Below the pieces are notes generated by a model. That model did not search any database and was not told where the DNA came from. It worked only from the letters and a program-made list of their open reading frames with translations. Shown here one piece after another: positions 1 to 12,634 of a stretch of DNA of 64,000 nucleotides. This stretch comes from Podarcis melisellensis. Taxonomy: Eukaryota. Both the position numbers and the translations under genes were made by a program. The stretch lies in NCBI GenBank assembly GCA_964234715.1, contig OZ174275.1; one strand, written 5' to 3'. Within the stretch, counting starts at the first letter, position 1. Each line of letters starts with the position of its first letter.

Positions 1-112
1 AGCTTAATAATATATACCTTGAATACTGTGGTGATAAGTGCTCTCTTCTTGTTTTTTGTTCTTTTCCATGTTTGACGTTTGTTCTTCCATTGTGAAACAT
101 TTCCAACTACAG

Positions 113-276
113 TCTGCACCTTACTACATTTTGTCTTCAATACAAACCAACTGTGATAGCATGTGTCTGTATACATTTGGCTTGCAAGTGGTCCAACTGG
201 GAGATTCCAGTATCAACTGATGGAAAGCATTGGTGGGAATATGTAGATCCTTCTGTTACTTTAGAATTACTTGATG
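113..276 (+). CDS. CCNT2: Cyclin T2 internal exon (end of second cyclin box)
   Basis: ag|...|gtaag; translates [54 protein letters not shown], typical cyclin T. Confidence 0.95.
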
Positions 277-845
277 GTAAGTAAAATCTGTTTTCCTTTA
301 TTCTTGTATTTAAATTTGTGTTTCTAGTTATTTTGTTTGTGACATTCCTGTTAACCTTTACCATGATGGCCAAAAAGGCACTTATCCAGCAGTTACCTGC
401 AGACTAGGTTTTTACCATTTCAGTATGTAATGCAAGTTTCTTTTATTATAGCTTCATCCATGCTGAATGTTAACACTTTTAAAAAAATGTTGACTTTTAA
501 AAATAATGCTACATTTGCTGTTTTGGGTATGGATGTGTATTTACCAGGGTGGATCACGCTGGAGGTTTATACTGAGGAGTGGCATTAAAATATATTGTAT
601 TCCCCCCATTACTTTTTAAATCCGCCCCCCCAAAAAAAGTATCTTAAGCAGTGACTTAGAAAACTAGTTTCAGGCATATGTAAGGTTCTTTTGATTGAAT
701 AGATAGCCACTTCAGGTGGGGTTTACAATCAAGTGGTATTCTATATAAATTTTGTTAAGTCTAGTCATTAAAAAGTGCTGAAAGTTGCTAATAGGAATTG
801 AGCTAGTTATTTAGATGTTTCACTTAATTTTGTTTTCATTCACAG

Positions 846-916
846 AGCTGACACATGAGTTTCTTCAGATACTGGAGAAAACTCCCAATAGATTAAAGAG
901 GATTCGAAATTGGAGG
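846..916 (+). CDS. CCNT2: Cyclin T2 penultimate exon
   Basis: cag|AG CTG...AGG|gtaag; [24 protein letters not shown]; phases match neighbours. Confidence 0.95.
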
Positions 917-1558
917 GTAAGAGATTCTTGTGGTAAAGAAACTGCCTCATCTATACTATATGTAAGCATCTGCTGATCTGCTTTCAACTTTGTTGAAAGC
1001 CAACATCCAACCTATCACTTGCTAGGTGAATTTTGATGTTCCAGTTATTTAACCAATAAAATCTTCATTATAGCAACTATAAAACAGTTGTGAAAATGAC
1101 GTGTAGTAAGCTAAACCCAGAGTTACCCTACCACAAATGGTAGCATCTTAAGTCGAGATGAGGCTTCCACTTGAGGAAAGGGGAGGGGAAATGGTATTTG
1201 CCAATTTCCCTTTTGTTGTATCCTCACACTGTTCTAGAGGGTCTTCTAACCCGAACAGGTGTTTAGGATGTGCAGAGTAAAGGAGGAATTTATGTTAATC
1301 ATCTCCCCCAGCAGAAGTTTGCATAAGGGAAATTTTACTCCAAGTGAGTATTTATTTATTTATTTAGCCAACTGATGTTCAAAAACACTGAGCTTTTGAG
1401 CTCAATGTTCTTTGTCAAGGTTCAGAGTAAAATAACTAATTGCAGTTGCATCATGTTCTTCAGTTTTGGAACTGAGTAGCTTCTACTGACTGCCAGATGT
1501 ATTTGTAGATGTTACACTTCAGATTATGTCCTAATTTTACACTTTTATCCTTGTGTAG

Positions 1559-2947
1559 GCTAATCAGGCTGCAAGGAAACCTAAAGGAGATGGTCAGGCA
1601 TCCGATAACTCCCTTCTTGGTTCATCTTTGGTTCAGAATTCCATTTTAGTAGATGCTGTTGCTGGTGTATCTGCAAATGCAACTTTCCAAAAACCATCTG
1701 CATCCACATTTCCTGCCCCAGTTCCTCTGAACTCAGGAAGTATCTCTGTTCAAGATAGTCAAGAAAATCTGGCAATACTGGCCACAGGAATGCCAGGTTC
1801 TTCTTACAGTCTGTCAGCACATCAAGAGTGGCCTCAGCACCAAGATCAAACAAGGACAGAACAGATGTATTCTCAGAAACCAGATACTTCACTGCCTGGT
1901 GGACAGTTCAACATAAACTTTCAACCAGGCACTTCATTGCAGTTACATTCAGGATTACATCACAGAGCTGACAAACTCTCTGAGCATTCTACTGTGCACA
2001 AACCGGGAAACAAATACCATGGGCAGGTGACATCTGCACCTGTAATAATGCCTCAGAAAATGTCGTTGGATAAATACAGAGAGAAACGCAAGCTAGAAAC
2101 CCTCGAACTGGATGTAAGAGAACACTATATGGGCCCCGAGCAGCAATACAAAAAGCACACTCAACCCCAAGCAACAAGTAGCAGTTCTGTAACTTCCCCT
2201 ATTAAAATGAAAATTCCCATTACAAATGCAGAGAAGCCTGAAAAACACATGCCTGACAAAAAAGAAAAGGGCGGGTCACTCAAATTGCGGATACCCATTC
2301 CACCCACAGAAAAGAACTCGAGCAAAGAAGACCTGAAAATGAAAATCAAAGTCTCTTCCTCAGAAAGGCATAGCTCATCAGATGAGGGCAGTGGGAAAAG
2401 CAAGCACTCTAGTCCCCATGTTAACAAGGAAAAGCACAAGGAACATTCCATAAACCGCCATCATGGTAGCAGTCATAAGCATTCCCATTCCCATACTGGT
2501 GGCAGTAGTAGTGGTGGCACTAAACATAGTAGTGATGGATTGACGCCAGCTGTTCTGAGAAGTCCTGTTGGCTTGAGCAGTGATGCCAATTCCTCTAGTT
2601 CCGGCTCTTCAAGAAAGAGGCTGTACATCAATGATGCTTCTCACAACCATCACTCCAAAATGAGCAAAAGTTCCAAAAGTTCAGGTAGTTCATCTAGTTC
2701 TTCCTCTGTTAAGCAGTATGTATCCTCTCTCAACTCTGTTTTTAACCTTCCCTTACCCCCTCCTCCCCCTGTCGCATACCAGGTGGGCTACGGACATCTC
2801 AGCACCCTCGTGAAACTGGACAAGAACCCTGTGGAGAACGGTCCTGATGCCAGTCACGAGTACAGTACAAACAGCCAGCATATGGACTACAAAGACACAT
2901 TCGACATGCTGGATTCACTGTTAAGTGCCCAAGGAATGAATATGTAA
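1559..2947 (+). CDS. CCNT2: Cyclin T2 last exon (long T2b-type C-terminus, His/Ser-rich region)
   Basis: tag|GCT AAT CAG (ANQAARKPK), KMSLDKYREKRK, His-rich tract, ends YKDTFDMLDSLLSAQGMNM*. Confidence 0.96.
   Translation, partial: ANQAARKPKGDGQASDNSLLGSSLVQNSILVDAVAGVSANATFQKPSASTFPAPVPLNSGSISVQDSQENLAILATGMPGSSYSLSAHQEWPQHQDQTRTEQMYSQKPDTSLPGGQFNINFQPGTSLQLHSGLHHRADKLSEHSTVHKPGNKYHGQVTSAPVIMPQKMSLDKYREKRKLETLELDVREHYMGPEQQYKKHTQPQATSSSSVTSPIKMKIPITNAEKPEKHMPDKKEKGGSLKLRIPIPPTEKNSSKEDLKMKIKVSSSERHSSSDEGSGKSKHSSPHVNKEKHKEHSINRHHGSSHKHSHSHTGGSSSGGTKHSSDGLTPAVLRSPVGLSSDANSSSSGSSRKRLYINDASHNHHSKMSKSSKSSGSSSSSSSVKQYVSSLNSVFNLPLPPPPPVAYQVGYGHLSTLVKLDKNPVENGPDASHEYSTNSQHMDYKDTFDMLDSLLSAQGMNM
2685..2782 (+). 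other. CCNT2: 98-nt exitron of CCNT2 (splicing gives T2a-type C-terminus, stop 2845-2847)
   Basis: CAG|gtagtt donor, ttaac branch, pyrimidine run, ccag acceptor; spliced frame reads GGLRTSQHPRETGQEPCGERS*. Confidence 0.85.
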
Positions 2948-5062
2948 CCAGTTGCTTTGGTCCCTTTCTCCTTTTTTTATTTAAGAATATTAGAATGGAA
3001 ACCTTCATAAGCGCAACCCCAGCAGTTGCTGCCCTACTTTATATAGATATATATATATATATAAATATATATAATATATGTAAGTGCTGCTTTATCCTTC
3101 ACTCTGAGAAGAAGAGGTATAGTAAATGAGCCTATCTCCACATACGATAGTGTTATAAATACTGTAAATGACTTGGAAGGTGCAAAAATCACAGTATTTT
3201 CCACAAACACAGATGAGAACAGTAGGTTTGAATGGCTGCTCTTAGCTGTATGGAATGCCTCGCACATTGATTATTTATAACTGAATATGCCAGCCACAGT
3301 TTTTGTTGCTTAGTTTATGAATGAGTGTATTTTTTTTAATGTGTATTTATACTGTATGTATGATTTGCATGTTTCAAAGAAGGGATATGTAAAGTATACT
3401 GACAAATGTTTACAACAAAAGTGGAGAGAAATGTACATACATTTTTGTATGTTTAGATAAACCATAAATACTCAGGATTGGAGCTGCTTGTAAGTATAAC
3501 AAATATACATAACTTTCCCCCCCTTGTATCAAAGTCAATCAGAAATATAAATAAAAGTGGCACTTCCTGTTAAACTGTAGGCCTTATTGGGAGCCACTTC
3601 CTGAGAGCACTTCACTCATTGGGGATCATGTACCAAATGTGGATGGATGGTCAGCCACAACACAGTATCTCCAGTGAGGCAATGTGAAAACTGCTCAGGC
3701 CTCCATTTGTAGTTTTTTTTTTTAATTAGAAAAACAAACCCAAGTTGACTGCTGAAATGTCAGTAGCTTTCAGAAGGGGAAGCAAAAATAAAGTTTATAT
3801 AATCTTTTTGATGTGAAAGTGCATTTAAATGTTTGGCTTGATGCAGTAATAGAGACACAGAGCTGTTAATAATGGTTATATAGATTAACGTGATTTAAGA
3901 ACTGAAATACGTAAACGTATAGTGAAATTAGTAAGTTTTTTAAAAAACTTAAGTTATTAGTGAACAGGGATCACTGTTTTCCATTAGCATTTCATACAGA
4001 CAGCCACGTTTTGAATTAAAAAAAAAGTGTGTTATGTGAGTGAAATGCCATATTTCTTTTACAGGTGGAATACTATCTTTGCAATAAATACAATTATTGG
4101 TATCCCAACTTTTCCCTTATCTCAGACAATAAAAGAACTGTCACGTATGCTACGTGAATTGTACTTGTGATTGTAATAACAAAACTGGAGGTTTTTTCAG
4201 CTCTGAATAATCACTCGCCAATTAAACCACTAGTATACATTTTTATGGCTGTAAGTGTCATATTACTGTTTTCATTCACCTGCCTTTTTTAAACAATTGA
4301 TGACCGTAGTGAATGTTGATGGGTTTTTGTTAAAAGCCGATGTCCCATTTTACCAGCTAACCCTAAGTGCATGGAATTTACCTCAGCATAAATTCAGTAC
4401 AGTAGCAAGTGTTACTTACTGGGTATTTAATGTAAAGATTTTATTAAGTTGTCCTCGTGTCTGAGAGGGATTCACTATTTGGAAACATCTGTTCTTGCAC
4501 AGTTTATGCTCTAATTGGTTATAAACACTTCAGCAGCAAATCTGAAGTTTAAACCCCATTAGCTACACTAAGCTAAGTGTTTTAGATAATTGTTGAGCAT
4601 GTATCCAATTTGTAGTTACAGTATAATGTAACTACTTGTGCATCAATTACTATGTAATATTCAGTCGCCAGTAATGCAAAACTTTGTACTACATACTTGA
4701 AGACGTTTATTTGAATTATGGGTGTCTTTTTTAAACACTTCTTGAACATGGACACTATGAATAATGTATCTTCAGATTTTAATCTAGTCCTTAGCCCTTC
4801 ACAGTCTGCCTCATCCAAAACTGTTAACTTCTTCACCCTTGTAACTTTTTACATTGAAAGAATATTTCTTAAAACCCTGTATTGTGAAACTTGATCCTGC
4901 ATTGTTGCATATTTTTTAGCCTTTTTAGACTTTATTCGCTACCTCATCCATGCTATTAAATCCTGAAGAATTTTTGCCATACGGTGTAAGCAAGATTAAA
5001 ATGTCTTAAATTGTGATTCCCAGTAGGAAGAAGACAAACAGTAAATGTTTACTTTAAATAAA
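2948..5062 (+). promoter_or_regulatory. CCNT2: CCNT2 3'UTR, AT-rich and TE-free, several AATAAA (3550, 4083, 5057); true end uncertain
   Basis: poly(A) hexamers; TGCTGCT 3085, TGCATG 3366, TGTACATA 3432. Confidence 0.6.
3041..3078. repeat. imperfect (TA)n microsatellite
   Basis: direct reading. Confidence 0.85.
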
Positions 5063-6936
5063 ATTTATTTACAAAGCCTCATAGTATTTGCTTACAAGCC
5101 TGTAGCTTTGCCTTGGAATGCTTTTTACCCATTACTACATGAGGATGTAATGGATACATGTTACAAGACAGATAAATATCCTAATAAACATACAGCTCTT
5201 GTCTTACCTTTGCAGAAATCCATAAGTTGAATGAGGTTCTGTTCAGGTACTTATAATCAACCCTGTGTATTCTACAAATGACCATAGGATTGGTCCGTCC
5301 TCCTACTATAAATGCAAATGTTGCTATTTGAAGATTGAATGTGTGTTTCCTTTCATAGCCATATTCTTGGATAAGAAACATGACCTTCCAGATATAGTTG
5401 GTCTCACCTCAGCCAGCATGGCTAATAATGATTGGAGGTGTACTCTTAACATCTGGAGGGGCACACATCTTCTAGATCTGTTTTGATAAAACTGCTGAAG
5501 AGATTTGAGCCTAGACAAATTGCCACAAAGGTCTGTAAAATATAAACGGCAGAAGTACCAAAGAACTATAAAATTCTCTTAAAACGCAAACAACACAAGG
5601 GGCTGGCCTAAAGTAAGATGTGTAGAATTAACTCGAGTTAATTTAAGACTTAAATAATAACCATGAAGATACCATGGTTTGATTTCTTAGATGTTTGCAA
5701 TTTTTCTTCAATAAGTAATTGAAATTAGTTTACAGATCATTTATGTCAGGCTTAAGATATGGCAACATACCTTTTGGGGGCAGCAGTAGGTGATACAGCA
5801 CTTTTGCAAATAAACTGCTTTATCTCTCACATTTAGACCAACGTGTATCCTAAAGCACTCTTAGTAGAGCATGCCACACAAATTCAAGCTCAACTTGAAA
5901 ATTTCGCATTTTAATAAACAAGTTTCAGTATGCCCCTCATTCAAAAAATGCACACTTATGAAATTGATAAACTCAGCTGATGCAAAATAAAATCATGGGA
6001 GTTTATCCATGCCACAATGGCCCTCCAGCATGACAAGGGAGAAAAAGATAACTGGGAGATGACCATTGTGCAGAGTAAAAGTTGAAAGTAATTGTAATAA
6101 TATTGGGTAGCATACATTGAATGTATTATGGAATGCACCTATAGGAGTAGCATGTGATGTGAACAAATTTATTGACAAAATGTGGTTTGGGCTATTTTTG
6201 CAAAGTGAAGGAAACTCTAGTGATTAATGGGATAAATAATTGGGAACTCTCCACAAAGTAAAAAGGCGCGCATGAGAAATGGGAAAATCTGAGTACTTCT
6301 GTTAAATCCATGAAAGGAGCATACTCCATATGGTTGCATTGAGAATTATTGGTACAATCCTATCTATAAATGTCTACTCAGAAGCAAGTCCTATTGAATC
6401 CATGGTGCTTATTCTGCGATAAATATGCGTGGAATTGCTGCCCCAGTTTTTGTGGACCTCAAGTCATGTTTCCCATTAGTGGTGCTATGCACTATTGAGT
6501 TTACTGTCATTTGTTGAGTGGACTATCATGATAGCCATTGAATGCAGGGATTAGTCAATGCTGCACTTTGAATTCTGGCATTTAAATTGCACTTTTATAC
6601 CTCTGCCTTAGTCTTAACAGATTCAGCTCTACCCTCAGTGGTTTAATTTTATATAGATCTATAAACTCAACTATGGCAATACTGTAGACCATTTATAAAC
6701 TTCAGGATGAGTGTGAAGACTGGGGATTTTAACCAGATGGGTGGGGTATAAATTATAAAATTATTATTATATTCTAATACTACATCAATATAATTTGTGG
6801 TATCTTTACACTCTGTTCCCCAAATACCCATACATAGAAAAACTTGAGTTCTCTGGGAGTTGCCTTTCAGTGGCTTCTATTTAAGTTTGGGCAACTAACT
6901 GAAAAGTACCAACATGGGGTGGGTATATTTTAGATA

Positions 6937-7071
6937 AGGCTTCCTCAACCTTGGCCTTTCAGATGTTTTAAGACTACAATTCCCATTATCCCTGACCACT
7001 GGTCCTGCTAGCTAGGGATCATGGGAGTTGTAGGCCAAAAACATCTGGAGGGCTGAGGTTGAGGAAGCCTG
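6937..7071. mobile_element. palindromic hAT-type MITE
   Basis: TIR aggcttcctcaacct/aggttgaggaagcct, internal fold-back; core shared with element at 44412. Confidence 0.8.
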
Positions 7072-7463
7072 ATTTAGGTGCTTTCTCCCCCTCTTCAGAC
7101 AACTTGCTGCTTTCTCCTCTGGTCAAACCTCAGAAAGAAACTTCGTCTCTTGGACTAATTCCTTGCTCTCGAACACCTACCTCTTCCTTAACTTTCCAAA
7201 GGGAAGGTAGCCATGTATGTGTAGTTGGGCTTGAGGCTGAAAGTTCAATAAAAATGTTTTAATAGGGCTTTCTCAGGGGAAAAGAAATGTGGAAGTGAAA
7301 TCCCCACCCCTATTTCCATAATGCAATATTGGTTTGAAGTACTGAATTAACCATATGTAATCAGGAGAAAGTGGGCATATGTTCATCTGCCTACATTACA
7401 GGTAAGATTATTAGGATAACCCAAGATCATAATTTATTTAAGAAAAAAATCTAGCTATGCACA

Positions 7464-7955
7464 TGTCAGAATATCTAAGGGGGAGGGGAAAGTAACTCCT
7501 GGGTAATATTATTGTTGATAGATATAGTGTAATATATGTCAGGGAAGAGTTAGAAGTTTCCAGTTTCTCAGAGGGAGAAAGCATTCCCCAAGGGGGGAAG
7601 GAGAGCAGTGAATCTAATAGAACGGAGCAAGAGGAACAACAGGGAGGGACTGGCTGTTCACAGGAAAGGCAAGAATTAAGTTCTAGCTCATATTGGGAGG
7701 AGGGGAGATACAAGCCAGCTCTAGCCAGGAGGTTAGAAAAAAGAGCGGGAAAGCGAAGGGAAGGGCGCCTTCGCCATTTTGAGAGTGGCTGGTCACGGAG
7801 AAGCAGAGCTCAGAAGGTATCCGAAATAAGTGACTCTGAGGAATAATAGTTAAGAACCGTTTATAAGATTGTTTTGTTAATACGCAATAAAAAGTTATAA
7901 AAGAACAAGAAGCATTTGTGTGGTGATCTGAAGAGGACAACAACCAGTCCTGACA
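7464..7955 (+). mobile_element. probable solo LTR (Gypsy-like)
   Basis: TGTCAG...CTGACA termini, purine-rich body, AATAAA 7886; TSD not clear. Confidence 0.6.
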
Positions 7956-9024
7956 ATATAGTAAAAGGTTATACTGTTATATCCTCTCAACCTTCAAGTT
8001 AGGCTGAGAGACTGCTGAACCCAAGGTTACCTTGTATTATGGATAAAAGCACATACATTGCCTGGAAACAGGTATGTTTTTATTCTAGGATGCATATTTA
8101 CAATTTAAAATGGCTCTAAATGGCCTATCTAGGGGTAGGAAATATCAGTTGTTATTAATGTCACTTGGTCATCCAGAGGCTAGGCTTATTTCATCAAAAT
8201 TAAATTAAATTCTTTTCTTTTTTGTGGAAAAATAATAATAAAAGACAATGACTTACATTTCTGTTGTGAGAAGCAACACTTCAAAATCTCTTGTTACTTT
8301 TATTCTTTTCTACTTTGATCAGAAAAGTGAATTGCATGATTATTTTATTAAGTTGAGCATTCATGTACCAGTATTATTATTTTGGGTTGAATCCAGAATA
8401 TTCCATCCACAAAAATAAGGGTTGACTGGAGGCAACTTTCATCAATGCTCTGTGCAGCTCCCCGCACCATTTCAAATGCTGCAAAGTTCCCCCAACCTTC
8501 TGCAGATGATTTAGCGTGGAAGTAGAGGGGGAAAGGAATTACTATTTTGCCTTCCATTCATGGTGGTTGAATGACTGGCTGATTAACCACTGCTTATTAA
8601 GATGAGCCTCCTTTTATGCAATTACAGTCAGCCTGTCTCTTCTACTGAGCTGTCCACACACTTCATATTGTGTTGCATGGCTCCTAGGCTTTGAGTTGGG
8701 GTGGGGGGTGGAGAGATGAATTGCAGGGGTAGGAAAGCCAAAAGATGTCAAAATGTCCGATTTTAATTTTAAAATGAGATTAAGTGTTCTACAGCCACAA
8801 CATTTTGATACAAAGTTTGCCGTCCTGAAATTGCATCATGTCTATATTTGAAAATGAAAAACAAGTATTTACAACTCTGTAACTTTCACAGCTTTCATAT
8901 CAATCACACTATAGCCTAGCCATTCTCAAACCGAAAGTTTAAATGTTAAATTTCATTTAACCTCTTCAATAAGTAAGGGGAAAATCTGTCATCTACTGAA
9001 GCCTTTGCAAAGTTAATGAGGTTT

Positions 9025-9082
9025 TTAAATCATGAAGGGATGCTGCAGCAACTGTAGAGCAGTAGGTCGCTCATACTGGTCC
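9025..9082 (-). CDS. MAP3K19: MAP3K19 last coding exon
   Basis: cag|G GAC; (R)DQYERPTALQLLQHPFMI*, kinase subdomain XI. Confidence 0.92.
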
Positions 9083-9765
9083 CTGTTTGGAAAATAGGAA
9101 AAATATATTTATTGTGAGTAATTGATAATGCTTCTGTCAGCAACATAGATTTATTACTTGTCTAGTAATCTACTTTTGAAAAACTTGTCTATCGCATGGG
9201 ACTAGGTGAGCATCAAAAGGTTGTGCTCAAGCTTTTATATTCTTTTTTAATGATTGGGGCTTCTTTCTGATCATTTTGACATTTAAGGGTTTGATTCCTG
9301 ACAGTTCTCAAATGGTTTTATGGCCTTTGCCCTGGACAAAAGGCTTTAGTTCTTATTAAAATAAAGGGGGAAGCTAGAAAAGCTTCTGCCTCTTCTCTTA
9401 AATAATGGTACCATCACCCCAGTCTGACAGTTTTTAGGTTTCAGACACTGCTGCAAAAAAGTTGCAGAACATACTCCTATCCACTTTTACAGGGGACAAA
9501 TGGTCCCAGACATGTGGAAGGGAGATATTCAGCCTTTCCTTATTTCAAGCAGAACTCTTTCCCAACCCCTATCTGCAGGTACCAAAGACTGGACCTTTTC
9601 TTTGCCATCTACGTGTCATACCATAGACCTGGTGCAGTTTCCCGTACCTTTTTAAGGAACTCATTGAACTACACATTTTACTTAAGGAAAAGATATTGAT
9701 TAAAAGGATATCTCTTTAATATTTACAGATATTTAATATCTCTTTTAATATTAATAACTACTTAC

Positions 9766-10463
9766 CTGGTGAAACACAGATGAACAAAATCTGCTGCTTT
9801 TGTCGAGCAATGGTTGGGTAAGGAAGGCATGATTCCCCTGTGAGCACCAATATAAAACATGGCTGCTATCCTATCCATGGAAGCCAGTGGTGGTTTTCCT
9901 GTGGCCATCTCAAATACAGTGCAGCCAATGCTCCAGATGTCTGATTTTCTCCCATAGCCAGATTCTTTTATCACTTCTGGTGCCATCCAATAAGGAGTGC
10001 CATGCACTGATTTCAGTGGTTCGCTGTGGGCATCAGTCAGACTTACATAGGCTAAACGCTTTGCACATCCAAAGTCTATGAGCTTGATAACACCATTGGG
10101 CATCAGCATGACGTTGTTGCCTTTAATATCTCTGTGGACCACACAGTTTTCATGCAAGTATGCAACCCCTTGTAGAATCTGTTTCGTATATTTACAAAAC
10201 ACTATTTCAGGCAATGGCCCAAATCGATGAATAATACTGGAAATGGAACCACCTGGAACAAATTCCATGAAGATACTCACTATGTTGTCTTCTAAACTTG
10301 TTCCCAGGTACCCTACAATGTTGATGTGTGTTAGATTTTTCAAAATCTCAACTTCGTATTGCAGTTTCTGATATTCTTTCTCAGTCCCAATTTGGTCACA
10401 GGTACTCAGTGCTACTTGTTTCACAGCTATTAAATGTCCTTGGCTTGTAAGTCCACAATAAAC
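9766..10463 (-). CDS. MAP3K19: MAP3K19 (YSK4) kinase domain exon, STE11-family
   Basis: VYCGLTSQGHLIAVKQV, HRDIKGNN, DFG, GTPYWMAPE; ttttag acceptor and AG|gtaag donor. Confidence 0.97.
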
Positions 10464-11715
10464 CTAAAAATTAAAAATGTCTATTTTGGTAGTGGAACTA
10501 CAGATAGATTCCTGTGTGCACACACATTTATATGTACTCACACATGCTGTTCTCATGCATCTAATTTAAATACATTATAACTCATCCTGCTTAAATTATG
10601 TCTGCAGTTATATCTGGTATTCATTTATTTCCATAGAAAATATGACAAGGTAATTTACCACATAAAATACTACAATAATAGTAAAAACATCAACAACATA
10701 TTAATGAAAATTGGTTGCCCCACAAAAAACAAAAAAAATCATATTCCAAAGTCTGAGAGAATCGGCTTCTGGTATACTCTTCTGCTAAAGAAGAGACAGC
10801 CCAGTTCATACTTAAGCCCTTCTGATCACAAAAAATATTCTGTGTGAGCATATAATAGTTCTTCCATGAGCAAAAGAGGCACTTTCAAATCCAACCCACA
10901 GTATTTAAAGGCCACCTCACTAGTGTTTGTCATGCAGGGCTTTTAGTGAGTGCCCTCATCTGAAAGCTATGAAGACATTGGCAGTAAATAACCCAAGGCC
11001 AACCTTTCTTCCATCATAAAATTCAGTGAGGCATACGCAGGGTTCATAGGTGGTCTTTCCATCTAAGCTCTGACCACACTCAGGCCTGCTTAACTCCCAT
11101 GTTTGCTTTATAGGAGTTGCTTCTGCATAACTGAACACCCTTTTCTTCCCTGTGCACCTGCTAAATTTGTTCTTGGGTTTCCCTCATCATCCTCCAAGCA
11201 GATTTGTGGAGAGTATGGGGTGTGCACTTTCTGGTGGAAGAGAGGGAGTAGTTCCATTCTCCAAATGTAAATTATTGTGCTAAGAGAATGAGGACACTGG
11301 ATACTACCCACAGTGCCTCCTCCTGCCTGCCCTGGCAGACTCCTTCACAGTTCTCACCAATTTTGTGGTTCACCCAGAGGTTTAGATGGCTTCCTGAAAT
11401 GCACATTTGGAAGTCTGTTCAGATAAGATTTTGTCCTATCTAGTCCCATGACACAAAGCCCACTTGATTTCCTTTAGAGAAAGTAAAGCAGCTTTAATCA
11501 GGGATGCAATTGTGGTGGATTAACAACACCCACAATTGTACATTATTGACTTTATGCTTAGAAGCCAGTATATTGATGGGCTGATGGGAGTTGTAGTGCA
11601 AAACATTTGGAGGACACCATATTGGATGTGTGTGTGCTTGTTTAGAAGGACCGGAATTGTAATTAGGATTGATCAAGGTTTATTGATGCTAAAATGTCCT
11701 TTGGGAGATACAGTG

Positions 11716-11875
11716 CAGTGGCGTAGCGTGGGGGGTGCAGGGGGGCTGGCCGCACCAGGCGCAACATCTGGGGGGGCGCTTGCACTCGCAGCTCTCTGCC
11801 CCACTAAATCCACGGGTTAGGGGGTGCAAATTACTTGCCTTGCCCCGGGTGCTGACAACCCACGCTACGCCACTG
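11716..11875. mobile_element. young hAT MITE
   Basis: perfect 17-bp TIR CAGTGGCGTAGCGTGGG, perfect 8-bp TSD ATACAGTG (11708-11715, 11876-11883). Confidence 0.93.
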
Positions 11876-11932
11876 ATACAGTGAATACACTTTGAGATAA
11901 CGGGTGTAATATATACTCCCCATGTAACTTAC

Positions 11933-12073
11933 TGTGCCATAGGCTCCTTTTCCAAGGATTTCACCTTTGGTCCACAGGATAGGTCCTTCACTAGCGACAT
12001 TGTTTTCGGAAAATGTAACCACATTTAGAAATCTATTTTCTTTACTGGATTCCAGGAAATCTGGAGAAAAATC
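11933..12073 (-). CDS. MAP3K19: MAP3K19 exon with Gly-rich loop
   Basis: DFSPDF...PILWTKGEILGKGAYGT; phase 0 both ends. Confidence 0.93.
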
Positions 12074-12634
12074 CTGTAAAAAGAGGACAGAAGAGCAAAC
12101 CAGAACACGTTGAATGAGAAATAATGCAAAGAGAGGCTTGAGATCAGGGTCATTTATATGGTATGTTGAATAGACCTTATTTCTTTCCTGAGAGAGAGAC
12201 AAAAACTCTTATCACAGCTGTCTTGAGATAAAGATTGCTGCTATTTACGGTAACTTGGTGGTTGGATCTACTGAGTGCTGTTAGCACAGAATACTTAAAT
12301 GGACCTTCACTTATAGAGATGGTGTACCTCTGAGTACCACATGCTGGAGAGAGCAGAGGAAAACCATTACCTTCTTGGTGTGCTTGTCAAAGTAAGAGAC
12401 ATCTGGACTAGATGGGCATTGGTTTGAACCAGCAGTACAATTATTTTGTTCTGATTGCTATTTACAAATGGAAAGCTGAGGCTGAAAATAAAGAGTTGCC
12501 CAAGATTACCTGAAGGATTTCTGAATGGTAAGAAATTGAGTCCTAGATCTCAAGGCACAACATATTTTAAATATCTGACAGGCTTTCACTGTTCTATTGC
12601 TATTGAATATACATATAAATACTTCAATAATTAC

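Noticed and set aside
6350-6490. TGGTGCT miR-29 seed matches at ~6402 and 6480
   Set aside because: One lies in an old hairpin repeat and both may be beyond the CCNT2 UTR
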